Assembly: GCA_031961545.1 (NCBI GenBank)
Contig: JAVRLK010000001.1
Span: 75,140-139,139 of the forward strand
Direction: 5' to 3'
DNA length: 64,000 nt
Origin: Thermoplasmatota archaeon
GTDB taxonomy: Archaea > Thermoplasmatota > Thermoplasmata > Thermoplasmatales > ARK-15
A model generated the notes under the pieces. It ran no database searches and was not told the DNA's origin. It saw nothing but the letters and a program-made list of their open reading frames with translations. This document shows, in pieces, positions 45,654 to 55,692 of the stretch (its first letter is position 1; each line of letters starts with the position of its first letter). A program made the translations under genes and the position numbers.

Positions 45654-46382
45654 ATGAAAATTGGTACATGCGGATTCTGCAGATCCCAAGAATATATTTT
45701 CAAAAAATTCAATGTGGTGGAACTGCAGAATACATTTTACGATTTTGTAAAGGATGAAACCATTAAAAATTATAGGGAAAAGGCGCCTGAAAATTTTGAA
45801 TTTACAATAAAGGCAATACAGATAATAACACATGAAAAAAATAGCCCAACATACAGGAGGTTCAAAAGCAAGAATTTTAACATGGATAACTTTGGAAATT
45901 TTAAATTGAACGCTGATACTGAAATGGCAATGGAAAAAATGCTTGGTTATGCAAAAATTTTAAAATCAAAAATTATAATATTTCAATCACCACCAACATT
46001 CCATGAAAGTGATGAAAATAAAAAGAATGTTTTTGAATTTTTCAGAACATTCAAAAGTGATGAAATTATATTTGGATGGGAACCAAGAGGAAAATGGTCC
46101 CATGATACATTAAAAAAAATTTTCAGTGAATTTGATATGATACATGTGGTGGATCCATTCAAAAATAAACCTGTTTATGGAAAATTCAACTATTTCAGGC
46201 TTCATGGCATTAATTCATATTCCTATATTTACAATGATAACGATCTCAGAAATCTTAAAACTATGACAAAGGAAAATGATTATGTACTGTTCAACAATGT
46301 AAATATGTGTGATGATGCATTAAGGTTCAGGAGGATCGTTGATGAAATCCAGGGCACCGGCGAAGGTAATACTGTTTGGTGA
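45654..46382 (+). CDS. DUF72 (UPF0759) family protein
   Basis: IGTCGFCRSQEYIFKKFNVVELQNTFY and FEFTIKA...ITH, typical of DUF72. The ATG at 45654 directly follows the ORF-track TTG. Confidence 0.8.
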   Translation: MKIGTCGFCRSQEYIFKKFNVVELQNTFYDFVKDETIKNYREKAPENFEFTIKAIQIITHEKNSPTYRRFKSKNFNMDNFGNFKLNADTEMAMEKMLGYAKILKSKIIIFQSPPTFHESDENKKNVFEFFRTFKSDEIIFGWEPRGKWSHDTLKKIFSEFDMIHVVDPFKNKPVYGKFNYFRLHGINSYSYIYNDNDLRNLKTMTKENDYVLFNNVNMCDDALRFRRIVDEIQGTGEGNTVW

Positions 46383-47262
46383 ACATGCCGTTGTTTACGG
46401 TGAACCGGCCATATCAATGGCAATTAATCTTTATTCCAATGTTGAAATAGAATACAGCCAAGAAACAACCATAGATGGATTAAAACCAGATTTCAAATAC
46501 CATTCATACATTTTAAAGGCACTTGAACTTGCAGGAATTGAAAGGGATGTTAAAATAAGGACTGAAAGCATGATAGAGAGCGCATCAGGTCTTGGATCCT
46601 CTGCATCAATATCTGTCGCAACAATTTCATCCGCTCTGGCCCTTAAAAATTCATGGAAAAGGGATGAAATAGCAAAACTTGCATTTTTAACAGAATACCA
46701 TGTGCAGGGGAGGGCAAGTCCTGTTGATACAAGTACAATAACAGCAGGTGGATGTGTTATTGTTTCTTCAGATTACAATGAAAATACACTCTGGAAAATA
46801 AGTATGGATGATAAAACCTGGTTTGTTTCAAGGGTAGATATTTCTGACATCAATTTTATTGTTGTTTTTTCAGGCATTAAGGGATCAACAGCCGAACAGG
46901 TAAGAAAGGTTTACAATTTTGTATCAAAAAATTCATTCGGTATGGAAATAATTAAGAAAATAGGTGAAATATCAAGGAATAGTTTGAGGGAACTGGAGAA
47001 TGGTAATGTTGAAAAAATAGGAGAATTGATGAATGAAAACACCAAACTTCTTTCAATACTAGGTGTTGGTCATGAAAAGACAAATGAAATCATGGAGAGC
47101 GTTTCCCATTATTCATATGGTGCAAAAATTACAGGTGCCGGTGGCGGTGGATCTGTCATAATACTCCCAAAGAATGAAAATAAGGTAATTGAAACACTTG
47201 AAAAAAAAGGTTACAGACCAATCAGTATAAAGATTGAAAAAAATGGTGTTTCATTAATTTAA
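46342..47262 (+). CDS. mvk: mevalonate kinase-type GHMP kinase
   Basis: APAKVILFGEHAVVYGEPAI, GHMP motif GLGSSASISVA, and KITGAGGGGSVI. SD AGGAGGA lies upstream. It overlaps the DUF72 gene by 41 nt. Confidence 0.75.
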   Translation: MKSRAPAKVILFGEHAVVYGEPAISMAINLYSNVEIEYSQETTIDGLKPDFKYHSYILKALELAGIERDVKIRTESMIESASGLGSSASISVATISSALALKNSWKRDEIAKLAFLTEYHVQGRASPVDTSTITAGGCVIVSSDYNENTLWKISMDDKTWFVSRVDISDINFIVVFSGIKGSTAEQVRKVYNFVSKNSFGMEIIKKIGEISRNSLRELENGNVEKIGELMNENTKLLSILGVGHEKTNEIMESVSHYSYGAKITGAGGGGSVIILPKNENKVIETLEKKGYRPISIKIEKNGVSLI

Positions 47263-47267
47263 AAATT

Positions 47268-49670
47268 TTAAATTTTAGGAATTTTTGTTGACGTTATTAC
47301 CCTGTCATTCTCCTTGAGCTCAATGATCCTAACACCCGCTGTGTTTCTTCCAAGAACAGGTATTTCCTTCACGGGAATCTGAATGGTCATGCCATTCATT
47401 GTTTGAACCATTATGGATCCAGAATCATCCGTGACGATCATTGAAACCATGGATCCAGTTAATTTGTTCAGCCTGTGTGCCTTAACGCCCATGGCACCCC
47501 TGTGCGAAAGTCTGAACTCAGAAATTTTTGTTCTCTTTCCCTTTCCATATTCAGTTAATGTTAAAAGGTTATCTTCATCCCTTCCTATTGCCATGCCTAT
47601 GATTTCATCTTTATCTGATAGTCTTATTCCCTTCACGCCATATGAATTCCTTCCCGTTGGTCTTATTTCCTCCTCACTGAACTTTGTTACAATACCATTC
47701 TTTGTACCTATCAGAACAAGATTATTACCCTCACTGTAAAGAACATCTGCAAGAGAATCTTCACCAAGGTTTATTGCAATTATACCCTTTTTCATGGGGT
47801 TTGAAAAGGCTTTAAGGGGTGTTCTTTTCACATATCCCTTCCTTGTAAGAAATATAATATAGCCTGAATCAAATCCCTTTACAGGTATTATCTTTTCAAC
47901 CCTTTCATTTTCATCAAGGTTAACATAGTTTATTATATTTTTACCGTTTGCCTTCCTTGATGTTTGAACTATCCTGTAACACTTTAACCAGTATACTTTA
48001 CCCTTATTGGTGAAGAGCAACAATGTATCCCTGTTGTTGGCTATGAATATCTGCTTCGGATAATCCTTTTCACCGTATTCTGTTATGAGACCAACACCCC
48101 CTCTGGACTGCTCCCTATATTCTGAAAGTGGTATCCTTTTTATGTATCCATCCTTTGAAAATGATACAAGAACATTTTCAGGTGGAATTAGATCCTCAAT
48201 ATCCCTTCTTGTTATTTCCTCCATGACTATTTCTGTTCTTCTTTCATCACCATACTTTTCTTTTATTTCCCTAAGTTCTTCAACCATTATCTGGTATATT
48301 TTCCTCTCATCGGAAAGTATTCCCTTCAGTTTCTCTATTTCCTCACTCAAGGATTTTTCCTCATTCACAATTGATTCCCTTTCCATGGCGGTTAATCTCT
48401 GTAGCCTTAGATCAAGAATTGCCTTAGCCTGTAATTCGGTCAATGAAAACTTTTCAATCAGCGATCTTTTTGCCTCATCGTAGTTAAGGGATGATCTTAT
48501 TGTTGATATCACATCATCAAGGTTATCAAGTGCAATAAGAAAGCCCTTCAGTATATGCTCCCTCTCCTCATCCTTTTTTAGATCATATTCAATCCTTTTC
48601 TTTATTATGTTGAATCTGTGATTTACAAAATGTTCTATCAGATCCTTGAGCGTAAAAAGTCTGGGAATGTTGTCAATTATTGCAAGATTTATTATGCCAT
48701 AGGATATTTCAAGCTGCGAATGTTCAAAGAGCTGGTTTAATACAATATCAACATTTGCATCCTTTTTAAGTTTGAATATTATCCTTATTCCATTTTTGTC
48801 AGATTCATCCTTTATGTTCTGTATTCCTGTTATTTTTTCTTCCTTTATAAGAGATGCTATTTTCTGTAAAAGATCCGATTTGTTTACCTCATATGGAATT
48901 TCCGTGAAAACTATGCTCCTCTGATTTTCATCACCCTCAATATGGTATTTTCCCCTCAGTTTGAATGTACCTTTCCCTGTTTTATATGCCTCTATTACGC
49001 CAGAAAAATTAAAAATCTGTCCACCTGTGGGGAAATCCGGACCCTTTATGAAATTAATTAGATCATCCACATCCGCATCCCTGTTGTTAATGTAGTATAT
49101 TATGGCATCAATAACCTCACCAATATTATGGGGTGGCATGTTTGTTGCCATACCAACAGCTATACCGGATGATCCGTTAATAAGAAGGTTTGGTATCTTT
49201 GATGGTAAAACTGCCGGTTCCTTAAGTGTACCATCAAAGTTCATTACCATTGGCACCGTTTCCTTTTCAATATCCTCGAGCATTTCCTCTGCTATTTTTG
49301 TCAGTCTTGCTTCGGTGTACCTCATTGCTGCTGGAGTATCACCATCAATGCTTCCAAAGTTACCCTGACCATCAACAAATGTATAACGCATGGAGAATGG
49401 CTGTGCCATCCTGACAAGAGCATCATATATGGGTGCCTCGCCATGGGGATGGTATTTACCCATTACCTCACCAACAATCCTTGCACTCTTTTTGTAAGGT
49501 TTATCATGGGTTAAATTCATTTCATACATTGAATATAAAATCCTTCTCTGTACGGGCTTAAGACCATCCCTTACATCAGGTAAGGATCTACCAACAATTA
49601 CACTCATTGCATAATCCATGTATGAACTTTTCATTTCCTCCTCAATTGCCCTTGTTTCAACGTTTGCCAT
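47268..49670 (-). CDS. gyrA: DNA gyrase subunit A
   Basis: [19 protein letters not shown], active-site region [10 protein letters not shown], and C-terminal beta-pinwheel repeats. Confidence 0.95.
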   Translation of the reverse strand: MANVETRAIEEEMKSSYMDYAMSVIVGRSLPDVRDGLKPVQRRILYSMYEMNLTHDKPYKKSARIVGEVMGKYHPHGEAPIYDALVRMAQPFSMRYTFVDGQGNFGSIDGDTPAAMRYTEARLTKIAEEMLEDIEKETVPMVMNFDGTLKEPAVLPSKIPNLLINGSSGIAVGMATNMPPHNIGEVIDAIIYYINNRDADVDDLINFIKGPDFPTGGQIFNFSGVIEAYKTGKGTFKLRGKYHIEGDENQRSIVFTEIPYEVNKSDLLQKIASLIKEEKITGIQNIKDESDKNGIRIIFKLKKDANVDIVLNQLFEHSQLEISYGIINLAIIDNIPRLFTLKDLIEHFVNHRFNIIKKRIEYDLKKDEEREHILKGFLIALDNLDDVISTIRSSLNYDEAKRSLIEKFSLTELQAKAILDLRLQRLTAMERESIVNEEKSLSEEIEKLKGILSDERKIYQIMVEELREIKEKYGDERRTEIVMEEITRRDIEDLIPPENVLVSFSKDGYIKRIPLSEYREQSRGGVGLITEYGEKDYPKQIFIANNRDTLLLFTNKGKVYWLKCYRIVQTSRKANGKNIINYVNLDENERVEKIIPVKGFDSGYIIFLTRKGYVKRTPLKAFSNPMKKGIIAINLGEDSLADVLYSEGNNLVLIGTKNGIVTKFSEEEIRPTGRNSYGVKGIRLSDKDEIIGMAIGRDEDNLLTLTEYGKGKRTKISEFRLSHRGAMGVKAHRLNKLTGSMVSMIVTDDSGSIMVQTMNGMTIQIPVKEIPVLGRNTAGVRIIELKENDRVITSTKIPKI

Positions 49671-49679
49671 ATAAACACC

Positions 49680-51617
49680 TCATACATCTATGTTCATTGC
49701 TTCCCTTGCATGCTTCATTATGTATTCCTTCCTAGGCTCAACCCTGTCCCCCATTAGAAGTGTGAAAATCCTGTCAGCTTCAGCACCTGTTTCAATATCC
49801 ACCTTTATCAACCTTCTCGTTTCAGGGTTCATCGTTGTTTCCCATAACTGTTCTGGATTCATCTCCCCAAGACCCTTGAATCTCTGAACAATGGCTCCTT
49901 CACCCATCTCCTTTAGAACCTTTTCCTTCTCATCATCAGAATAAACATACCTCACTTCCTTTCCCTTCTGTATTTTGTAAAGTGGTGGCTGTGCAATGTA
50001 AACATGGCCATTGGTTATAAGATCCCTCATGTATCTGTAAAAGAATGTTAATAAGAGAGTTCTTATATGCGCACCATCAACATCCGCATCCGTCATTATT
50101 ATTATTTTTCCAAACCTTAGTTTGTTTATATCAAAATTTTCCTTAACACCTGTACCTATTGCAGATATCAGTGCTTTTATTTCCTCACTTCTGAATGCCC
50201 TGTCAAGGTTTGCCTTTTCAACGTTCAGTATCTTTCCCCTCAGGGGAAGAACAGCCTGAAACTCCCTGTTCCTTGCCTGCTTTGCCGATCCACCAGCACT
50301 ATCACCCTCAACAATGAAAAGCTCGGTTTTACTTCTTTCCTCGAGCGTACAGTCAGCAAGTTTGCCTGGTAAATCAAGTGTATCGAGGAGATTCTTTCTC
50401 TTTACCAATTCCCTGGCCTTTCTTGCTGCCTCCCTTGCCTTGGCTGTGTTTATCACCTTTAATGCAATCAACCTGGCAGTGTTTGGATGCTCCTCAAAAT
50501 ACTTCTTAAGGTTTTTCTGCGTTATTGAATAAACAATTCCCTTAACCTCACCATTTCCCAGTTTTGTTTTCGTCTGTCCCTCAAACTGGGGTTCAGGGTG
50601 CTTTACAAGTATTATTGCAGTTAGACCCTCCTTTACATCATCACCTGTAATGTTTATTTCACCAAGGTTGTTCTCCTTTATGTAATCATTTATTACCTTT
50701 GTCAATGCTGTTTTAAATCCAACAACATGTGTTCCCCCTTCCTCCGTATGAATATCATTAACATAACCAAGTAAAGTCTCATATGGGGAATCCGTATATT
50801 GCATTGCAATTTCCACATATACGGAATCATCGCTCTCAGAGAAATTTATTATATCCTCATGGATTGGGTTGTTTCCTTCATTCAGGAATTTTACAAATTC
50901 TACGAGACCACCATCATATTTAAACTCTTCAACTAAATTATTTCTGAGATCCTTGAGGACAATCCTAAGACCCTTGTTCAAAAATGCAAGGCTTCTCAAT
51001 TTACCCTTTACAATATCGTATTTGAAGTTTGTTGTTTCAAAAATTTCAGGATCTGGCTTGAAATGAACGAATGTTCCATGTGGTGTATCAATTTCAAGTT
51101 TTATATTTTCCGGTAGATCCATACCATTTTTCCATTCACCAAGATCAATGATTTCAGTTTTTTTCTTTCCCTTTTCATATTCCTGATAGTAAACCCTTCC
51201 ATCCCTTCTAACAACAATCCTGAACCATTCGGAAAGAAAGTTTACAACATGTATACCAACACCATGCAGGCCACCTGAAACCTTGTAAACCTTTCTGTCA
51301 AACTTTGCACCTGAATGTAGCTCTGTGAGAACTATCTCAAGTGCAGGTTTATTGTAAAGTGGATGTATTTCAACTGGTATTCCTCTTCCATCATCCTCAA
51401 CACTTGCAGATCCATCCGGATAAAGTTTAACTATAATGTTTTTGCAGACCCCCGCCAATGCTTCATCAACACTGTTGTCCACTATTTCCATGAGTAAATG
51501 GTGTAATCCCCTTTCCTCTGTGCTCCCAATGTACATTCCTGGCCTTTTTCTAACTGCTTCTATGTCGCTTAATATTTGTATATTTTCAGCTTTATAATCA
51601 TTTACATTATTTTCCAT
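49680..51617 (-). CDS. gyrB: DNA gyrase subunit B
   Basis: GLHHLLMEIVDNSVDEA, GGLHGVG, EGDSAGGSAKQ, PLRGKILNVE and IMTDADVDGAHI. Its stop overlaps the gyrA SD (TGAGGTG). Confidence 0.95.
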   Translation of the reverse strand: MENNVNDYKAENIQILSDIEAVRKRPGMYIGSTEERGLHHLLMEIVDNSVDEALAGVCKNIIVKLYPDGSASVEDDGRGIPVEIHPLYNKPALEIVLTELHSGAKFDRKVYKVSGGLHGVGIHVVNFLSEWFRIVVRRDGRVYYQEYEKGKKKTEIIDLGEWKNGMDLPENIKLEIDTPHGTFVHFKPDPEIFETTNFKYDIVKGKLRSLAFLNKGLRIVLKDLRNNLVEEFKYDGGLVEFVKFLNEGNNPIHEDIINFSESDDSVYVEIAMQYTDSPYETLLGYVNDIHTEEGGTHVVGFKTALTKVINDYIKENNLGEINITGDDVKEGLTAIILVKHPEPQFEGQTKTKLGNGEVKGIVYSITQKNLKKYFEEHPNTARLIALKVINTAKAREAARKARELVKRKNLLDTLDLPGKLADCTLEERSKTELFIVEGDSAGGSAKQARNREFQAVLPLRGKILNVEKANLDRAFRSEEIKALISAIGTGVKENFDINKLRFGKIIIMTDADVDGAHIRTLLLTFFYRYMRDLITNGHVYIAQPPLYKIQKGKEVRYVYSDDEKEKVLKEMGEGAIVQRFKGLGEMNPEQLWETTMNPETRRLIKVDIETGAEADRIFTLLMGDRVEPRKEYIMKHAREAMNIDV

Positions 51618-51676
51618 ACTTACTTTTCTCCTTTTTTATTCATATCTATAATATCTTCTTTAATAAAAATTTTTTC

Positions 51677-52309
51677 TTATTGCTTTTTCCCTATAAAAAA
51701 CAATGTTACCATATTGTATATTTTATTAAATATTTTTCTCTCTATAATAAATTTTTTCCTTTCAATGATTTTAAAATTAACAAGGAGATCTTCCATTTCA
51801 TTTTCGTGAAAATAATGCGTGATTATTCCATTACCCCTCAAAAATGTGTTCCTTTCAACTTCAATTCCCTTACCATACCTGAAATCTTCAACTGAAAATA
51901 TCTCAACAAAAATATAACCATTTTTCTTTGTTACCCTTTCAATTTCACTCATTATTCTTTTTCTATCAAACACATGTGAAATTATATGGATTGCAAGAAC
52001 TGCATCAAAACTTTCATCCTTGAATGGCATGTAAAGAGCATTACCAAGTACCCTTTGAAACTTTAAATTTCTCAGTGCATTCATAGAAAAATCCATCAGT
52101 ATTACATTGTAACCCCTGTCAATAAGATACTTTGATGATTTACCCTGCCCCGATCCCAAATCAAGTATAAGGAATGATTTTTCAAAGTATTTTATCATTT
52201 CAGACCAGTCCCTTTCACCCCTCCAGAGTACCCTGTTCCCCCTGTATTCCCTTTCCCATGCCTTACGCTGGTTCTCATACCTCATAGGAATGTAATCTTG
52301 CCCTTTCAT
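51677..52309 (-). CDS. class I SAM-dependent methyltransferase
   Basis: Motif I ILDLGSGQGKSS and DAVLAIHIISH. It overlaps the upstream permease gene by 35 nt. Confidence 0.75.
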   Translation of the reverse strand: MKGQDYIPMRYENQRKAWEREYRGNRVLWRGERDWSEMIKYFEKSFLILDLGSGQGKSSKYLIDRGYNVILMDFSMNALRNLKFQRVLGNALYMPFKDESFDAVLAIHIISHVFDRKRIMSEIERVTKKNGYIFVEIFSVEDFRYGKGIEVERNTFLRGNGIITHYFHENEMEDLLVNFKIIERKKFIIERKIFNKIYNMVTLFFIGKKQ

Positions 52310-53918
52310 AAAGCCTTCTCCATAAAAGTTTATTCAAGGTAAAAACAACTAAAACCATAATCATAACATATAGAATGTTCAGTGCAACGTTTCCAAGATC
52401 ATATGTTGCGTAATCAATGAGATAACCAAGGCCCAGAACGGAATAAACAACACCATTCACAACAATGTACTCTGAAACAATTAAAGCATTCCAGCCACCA
52501 CCCCAGCCAGTTATGCTTCCAGTAATAATAGATGGATAAATGCCCGGGAGAAGAACCTTTCTGATGTACTGCCATCTTGTCAGCCTGAAAGCCCTTGAAA
52601 CATCATCAAAATCCGATGGGAATGTATTTATTCCGGATAGAACATTGAAAAGTATGTACCATTGCATTCCTGTCATGATGAGGAATATGCTTGCAAGATC
52701 CACACCAAATGGTAAATTTATTAACAAAAGAACAAAGAATGGAAATAGAGCAGTTGCAGGGATTGATGCCAGTATTTCAAATACCGGTACAAGATAATTT
52801 GATTTTTCTTTTTTTGATTTAAGGTAAATTGCAACAGGAATGATCCATAATAGAGAGAGAAAGTATGCAATGGAAAGTCTAAGGATTGATAGAACTATTG
52901 CAAGTGGAATCGGATATAGATAGGATGGTGAAATTTCAACATTAATACCATGCTGGAATGACAAAATGATTGCGTAAACTATAAGTGAGAAAATGAAAAT
53001 CAGGAGGGCATAACCAACGTATTTAATATTTTTCCATATTTTTGAAAATAGAGGAAATTTAGCAACGGTCGTTATTCTTTCAATGATTTTCCTGAAAATG
53101 TCTAATGGTTTTTTGAACAATGGGAGGAATTTTAAAATGTTAAGCAGGTAGATTCTTCTTTCAGTTGTAGTTTCTGCAACACTTTCATATTTATATTTTT
53201 CAGATACTTTTGCTAACGGTCTCCATATTAAAATATCCATTGCGATTATTATAAGAATCAATGTGAAAAGGGCAAGAAGACCATTAAATATATGGCCGGA
53301 TTCAACCTCTGTCCAGAGGAAAGATCCCAAACCAGGTAGCGTATAGTTTACGTTTCCAACAGAAATTATTTCAGCAGCGAATAGGAAATACCATCCTCCA
53401 GCCCATGACATCATGCTGTTATAAACAAGCCTTGGTATCATGGCAGGGAAATATAGAATCCTGAACCTTGAAAGACCTGTAAGGGAAAATGCATTTGTTA
53501 CCTCCCTCAATTCCTTTGGTATTGTTATTATGCTTTCATATACACCGAAAGCCATGTTCCAGGCCTGGCTTGTGAATATTAGTATTATGGATGCAAGCTC
53601 CACGCCAATACCACCAGGAAAATAGTAAATAAAAAGGAAAAGTACAACGGGAAAGAAACCGAGAATGGGAACGCTCTGAAGTATATCAAGTATTGGAATA
53701 AGAATTTTTTCAGCTTTTTTATTTATGGCCGCATAAAGACCATAAAATATGGAAAATATTAGGGAAATAACATATGCTGCAAGCATTCTTCCGAATGAAA
53801 ACAATGAGTAGAGAAAAACCTTTAAATCAATAGATGGAGGAAACAAAGCGTATATTGCAACTATCAAAAGTATTGAAATTTCAACGATCAAATACTTTCT
53901 TATCTCTTTCCACACCAT
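52275..53918 (-). CDS. ABC transporter permease with duplicated transmembrane domain (NitT/TauT-type, COG4986-like)
   Basis: 547 aa with two repeats of a BPD-type permease unit (…AFSLTGLSRFRILYFPAMIP… and …AFRLTRWQYIRKVLLPGIYP…). Confidence 0.8.
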   Translation of the reverse strand: MVWKEIRKYLIVEISILLIVAIYALFPPSIDLKVFLYSLFSFGRMLAAYVISLIFSIFYGLYAAINKKAEKILIPILDILQSVPILGFFPVVLFLFIYYFPGGIGVELASIILIFTSQAWNMAFGVYESIITIPKELREVTNAFSLTGLSRFRILYFPAMIPRLVYNSMMSWAGGWYFLFAAEIISVGNVNYTLPGLGSFLWTEVESGHIFNGLLALFTLILIIIAMDILIWRPLAKVSEKYKYESVAETTTERRIYLLNILKFLPLFKKPLDIFRKIIERITTVAKFPLFSKIWKNIKYVGYALLIFIFSLIVYAIILSFQHGINVEISPSYLYPIPLAIVLSILRLSIAYFLSLLWIIPVAIYLKSKKEKSNYLVPVFEILASIPATALFPFFVLLLINLPFGVDLASIFLIMTGMQWYILFNVLSGINTFPSDFDDVSRAFRLTRWQYIRKVLLPGIYPSIITGSITGWGGGWNALIVSEYIVVNGVVYSVLGLGYLIDYATYDLGNVALNILYVMIMVLVVFTLNKLLWRRLYERARLHSYEV

Positions 53919-53986
53919 CCATCCTAAAATTTCATTAAGGTATATACATTTTTTTGGAATTTTTTTAATTCGATAAGATTAAAATA

Positions 53987-54712
53987 ATGTATGTTTTCAT
54001 GTGTTCCATGGACAACAAAACGCTCAATGATGCAGAAAAACTTTACAATAAAGAACAGTTCGATCAGGCACTGAAACTTTACCTTCAGGTCCTGAATGAT
54101 GCTGAGGAGAAAGATAAAGTTAACATACTTAGAAGGATCGCTGAATGTTACATTTACAAAGATCAACCTGATGTTGACAATGCTCTAATGTATGAGGAAA
54201 TGGTTTTAGAAAAAATTAAAAATGATGAAAAAAGCTATCTGAAGGAAAAAATGTTTTATGCAACAATTCTTGCAGAAAAGGATGAGAAAAAGGCCTTGGA
54301 TATTTTTAATGATCTGGAAAAAATAATTTCAGAAAAATATCATGAACTATTACCTGAACTTTATAACAACATGGGTCTTTTACTATGGAATGATAAAAAG
54401 GCTGCAGAAAACTATTTCAAAAAGGCACTGGAAATTTCAAGGGAAAAGAAGGATTTTGAAAACTACATACTTTCACTGCAGAATCTCAGTTACCTTGAAA
54501 GGGAAAATGGAAATATGACAAAAGCACTTGATTATCTAAAAATTGCAATGGATGCAATAGATGAGACCATGAAGGGAATTGCAAAAAGTAAAAGGAAGGA
54601 GTTTAAAGAATCATACATGGATGTTTACGATCAGGCCGCTGACCTTGCACTTGAAATGGAGGACTTTGACCTTGCCATGGAAATAACCCAGAGATCAAAG
54701 GATATTTCATAA
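53987..54712 (+). CDS. TPR-repeat protein
   Basis: Repeated 34-aa helical-hairpin patterns (AEKLYNKEQFDQALKLYLQVL; YNNMGLLLWNDKKAAENYFKKALEI; LQNLSYLERENGNMTKALDYLKIAM). The start is ambiguous among ATGs at 53987, 53999 and 54008. Confidence 0.65.
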   Translation: MYVFMCSMDNKTLNDAEKLYNKEQFDQALKLYLQVLNDAEEKDKVNILRRIAECYIYKDQPDVDNALMYEEMVLEKIKNDEKSYLKEKMFYATILAEKDEKKALDIFNDLEKIISEKYHELLPELYNNMGLLLWNDKKAAENYFKKALEISREKKDFENYILSLQNLSYLERENGNMTKALDYLKIAMDAIDETMKGIAKSKRKEFKESYMDVYDQAADLALEMEDFDLAMEITQRSKDIS

Positions 54713-55411
54713 TGAAAAATTATCTTTTACAATACTCCATAGTTTTTCAATAACATATTCATCAATTTTTTCACCAAGTTCCTTAGATGCACCATTCGGA
54801 TCGCTTAATGTTCCATAGGTGTATATTTCCCTGTACTTCCTTGTTACCATATATTTTTTATCGGGCTTTTTTTCAAACACCCAGTTTTTCTTCACAAGAT
54901 CCTCTCTTATATGCAGCATCCTTGATGTTTCAATTATTCCGGCATGTGAATCATTTTCAGGGACGAGTTTTGCTCTAAGTTCGTAAGCAATGTCATAATC
55001 GGAAAGGACCATGATTTTAACATCCTTTTTCTCAAGTATCTTTCTTGCAGCATACCTTATTGCACCCATATGGAGGGAACTTGCGTGCCCCGAAATTATC
55101 AGAATCTTTTTAACTCCATCCTCCGTAATTTCCTTAAGTATATCGTAAACAAGGTTGTAAAGGGTTTCAAAACTGATTGAAATTGTACCCTTAAAATCAT
55201 CAAGCTCCGTATACCCGTAATAAATGGGAGGTAAAATTAAACCGTTTGATTTTTCTGCAATTTTCTCAGCAACATATATGGCCTGCAATGAATCGGAACT
55301 TAAAGGTAAATGGTGACCATGCTCTTCAGTGGATCCAACAGGCAAAATCACTAGAGGATCTTGTTTTAATCTTTCCTCAATTTCAGGGTAGGTGAGATCC
55401 ATCCAGTACAT
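54707..55411 (-). CDS. creatininase-family amidohydrolase (creatinine amidohydrolase/ArfB-like)
   Basis: PVGSTEEHGHHLPLSSD, GHASS and HAGIIETS motifs of the creatininase fold. Confidence 0.8.
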   Translation of the reverse strand: MYWMDLTYPEIEERLKQDPLVILPVGSTEEHGHHLPLSSDSLQAIYVAEKIAEKSNGLILPPIYYGYTELDDFKGTISISFETLYNLVYDILKEITEDGVKKILIISGHASSLHMGAIRYAARKILEKKDVKIMVLSDYDIAYELRAKLVPENDSHAGIIETSRMLHIREDLVKKNWVFEKKPDKKYMVTRKYREIYTYGTLSDPNGASKELGEKIDEYVIEKLWSIVKDNFSL

Positions 55412-55449
55412 GATACAAAATAGGTAACTTTAAATTTAAAATTTTTGAG

Positions 55450-55543
55450 TCCCGGCTCCCGGACTCGAACCGGGGACATGCGGATTTCTGCGGCGGCTTT
55501 TTTCCCACTACAGTCCGCCGCTCTACCACTGAGCTAAGCCGGG
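55450..55543 (-). tRNA. tRNA-Tyr (anticodon GTA) with a 22-nt intron at the canonical 37/38 position
   Basis: Hand fold: acceptor CCCGGCT/AGCCGGG with archaeal-type C1-G72 and A73, D arm GCTC-AGTGGTA-GAGC, anticodon stem GCGGA/TCCGC, T arm CCCGG-TTCGAGT-CCGGG. It is 72 nt mature and 94 nt with the intron. No encoded CCA. Confidence 0.9.
55486..55507 (-). other. tRNA-Tyr intron (bulge-helix-bulge candidate)
   Basis: Intron UGGGAAAAAAGCCGCCGCAGAA. CUGU (nt 32-35) can pair with intron GCAG to form a 4-bp helix flanked by 3-nt bulges AG|U and AA|A that contain both splice sites. The boundary is ambiguous by 1 nt within the A run. Confidence 0.75.
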
Positions 55544-55565
55544 TAATTACTTTTATATCAAAAGA

Positions 55566-55575
55566 TTATTTAAAA
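55566..55575 (-). promoter_or_regulatory. candidate TATA box for tRNA-Tyr
   Basis: TTTTAAATAA lies at -32 to -23 from the mature 5' end, with a purine-rich GAAA BRE-like element just upstream. Confidence 0.4.
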
Positions 55576-55601
55576 TTTCTTTTTTCAAAAAGACTTTTGG
55601 G

Positions 55602-55630
55602 AAAACAATAAAATAAAAGGGGAGGAGGGG
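55602..55630 (-). terminator. pyrimidine/oligo-T tract downstream of the protease gene
   Basis: The minus strand reads CCCCTCCTCCCCTTTTATTTTATTGTTTTC, just 3' of the inverted repeat at 55640-55667. Confidence 0.4.
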
Positions 55631-55639
55631 CATCAGCGT

Positions 55640-55667
55640 GATTGATTGCATGCTCATGCAATTGATC
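55640..55667. repeat. imperfect 13-bp inverted repeat with an 8-bp perfect core
   Basis: GATTGATTGCATG-ct-CATGCAATTGATC, with perfect core ATTGCATG/CATGCAAT. It overlaps the palindromic hexamers GCATGC, CAATTG and ATCGAT. Confidence 0.5.
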
Positions 55668-55692
55668 GATTGGTATAATCATAACCTTATAT

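Noticed and set aside
53924-54166. An 80-aa minus-strand ORF overlapping the start of the TPR gene.
   Set aside because: Its composition is implausible, it has no start context, and it overlaps a better-supported gene.
55619-55630. The purine tract ggggaggagggg as a possible G-quadruplex or SD element.
   Set aside because: It has only two runs of four G and lies downstream of a stop codon on the non-transcribed strand. It is better read as the pyrimidine part of a terminator-like tract on the minus strand.
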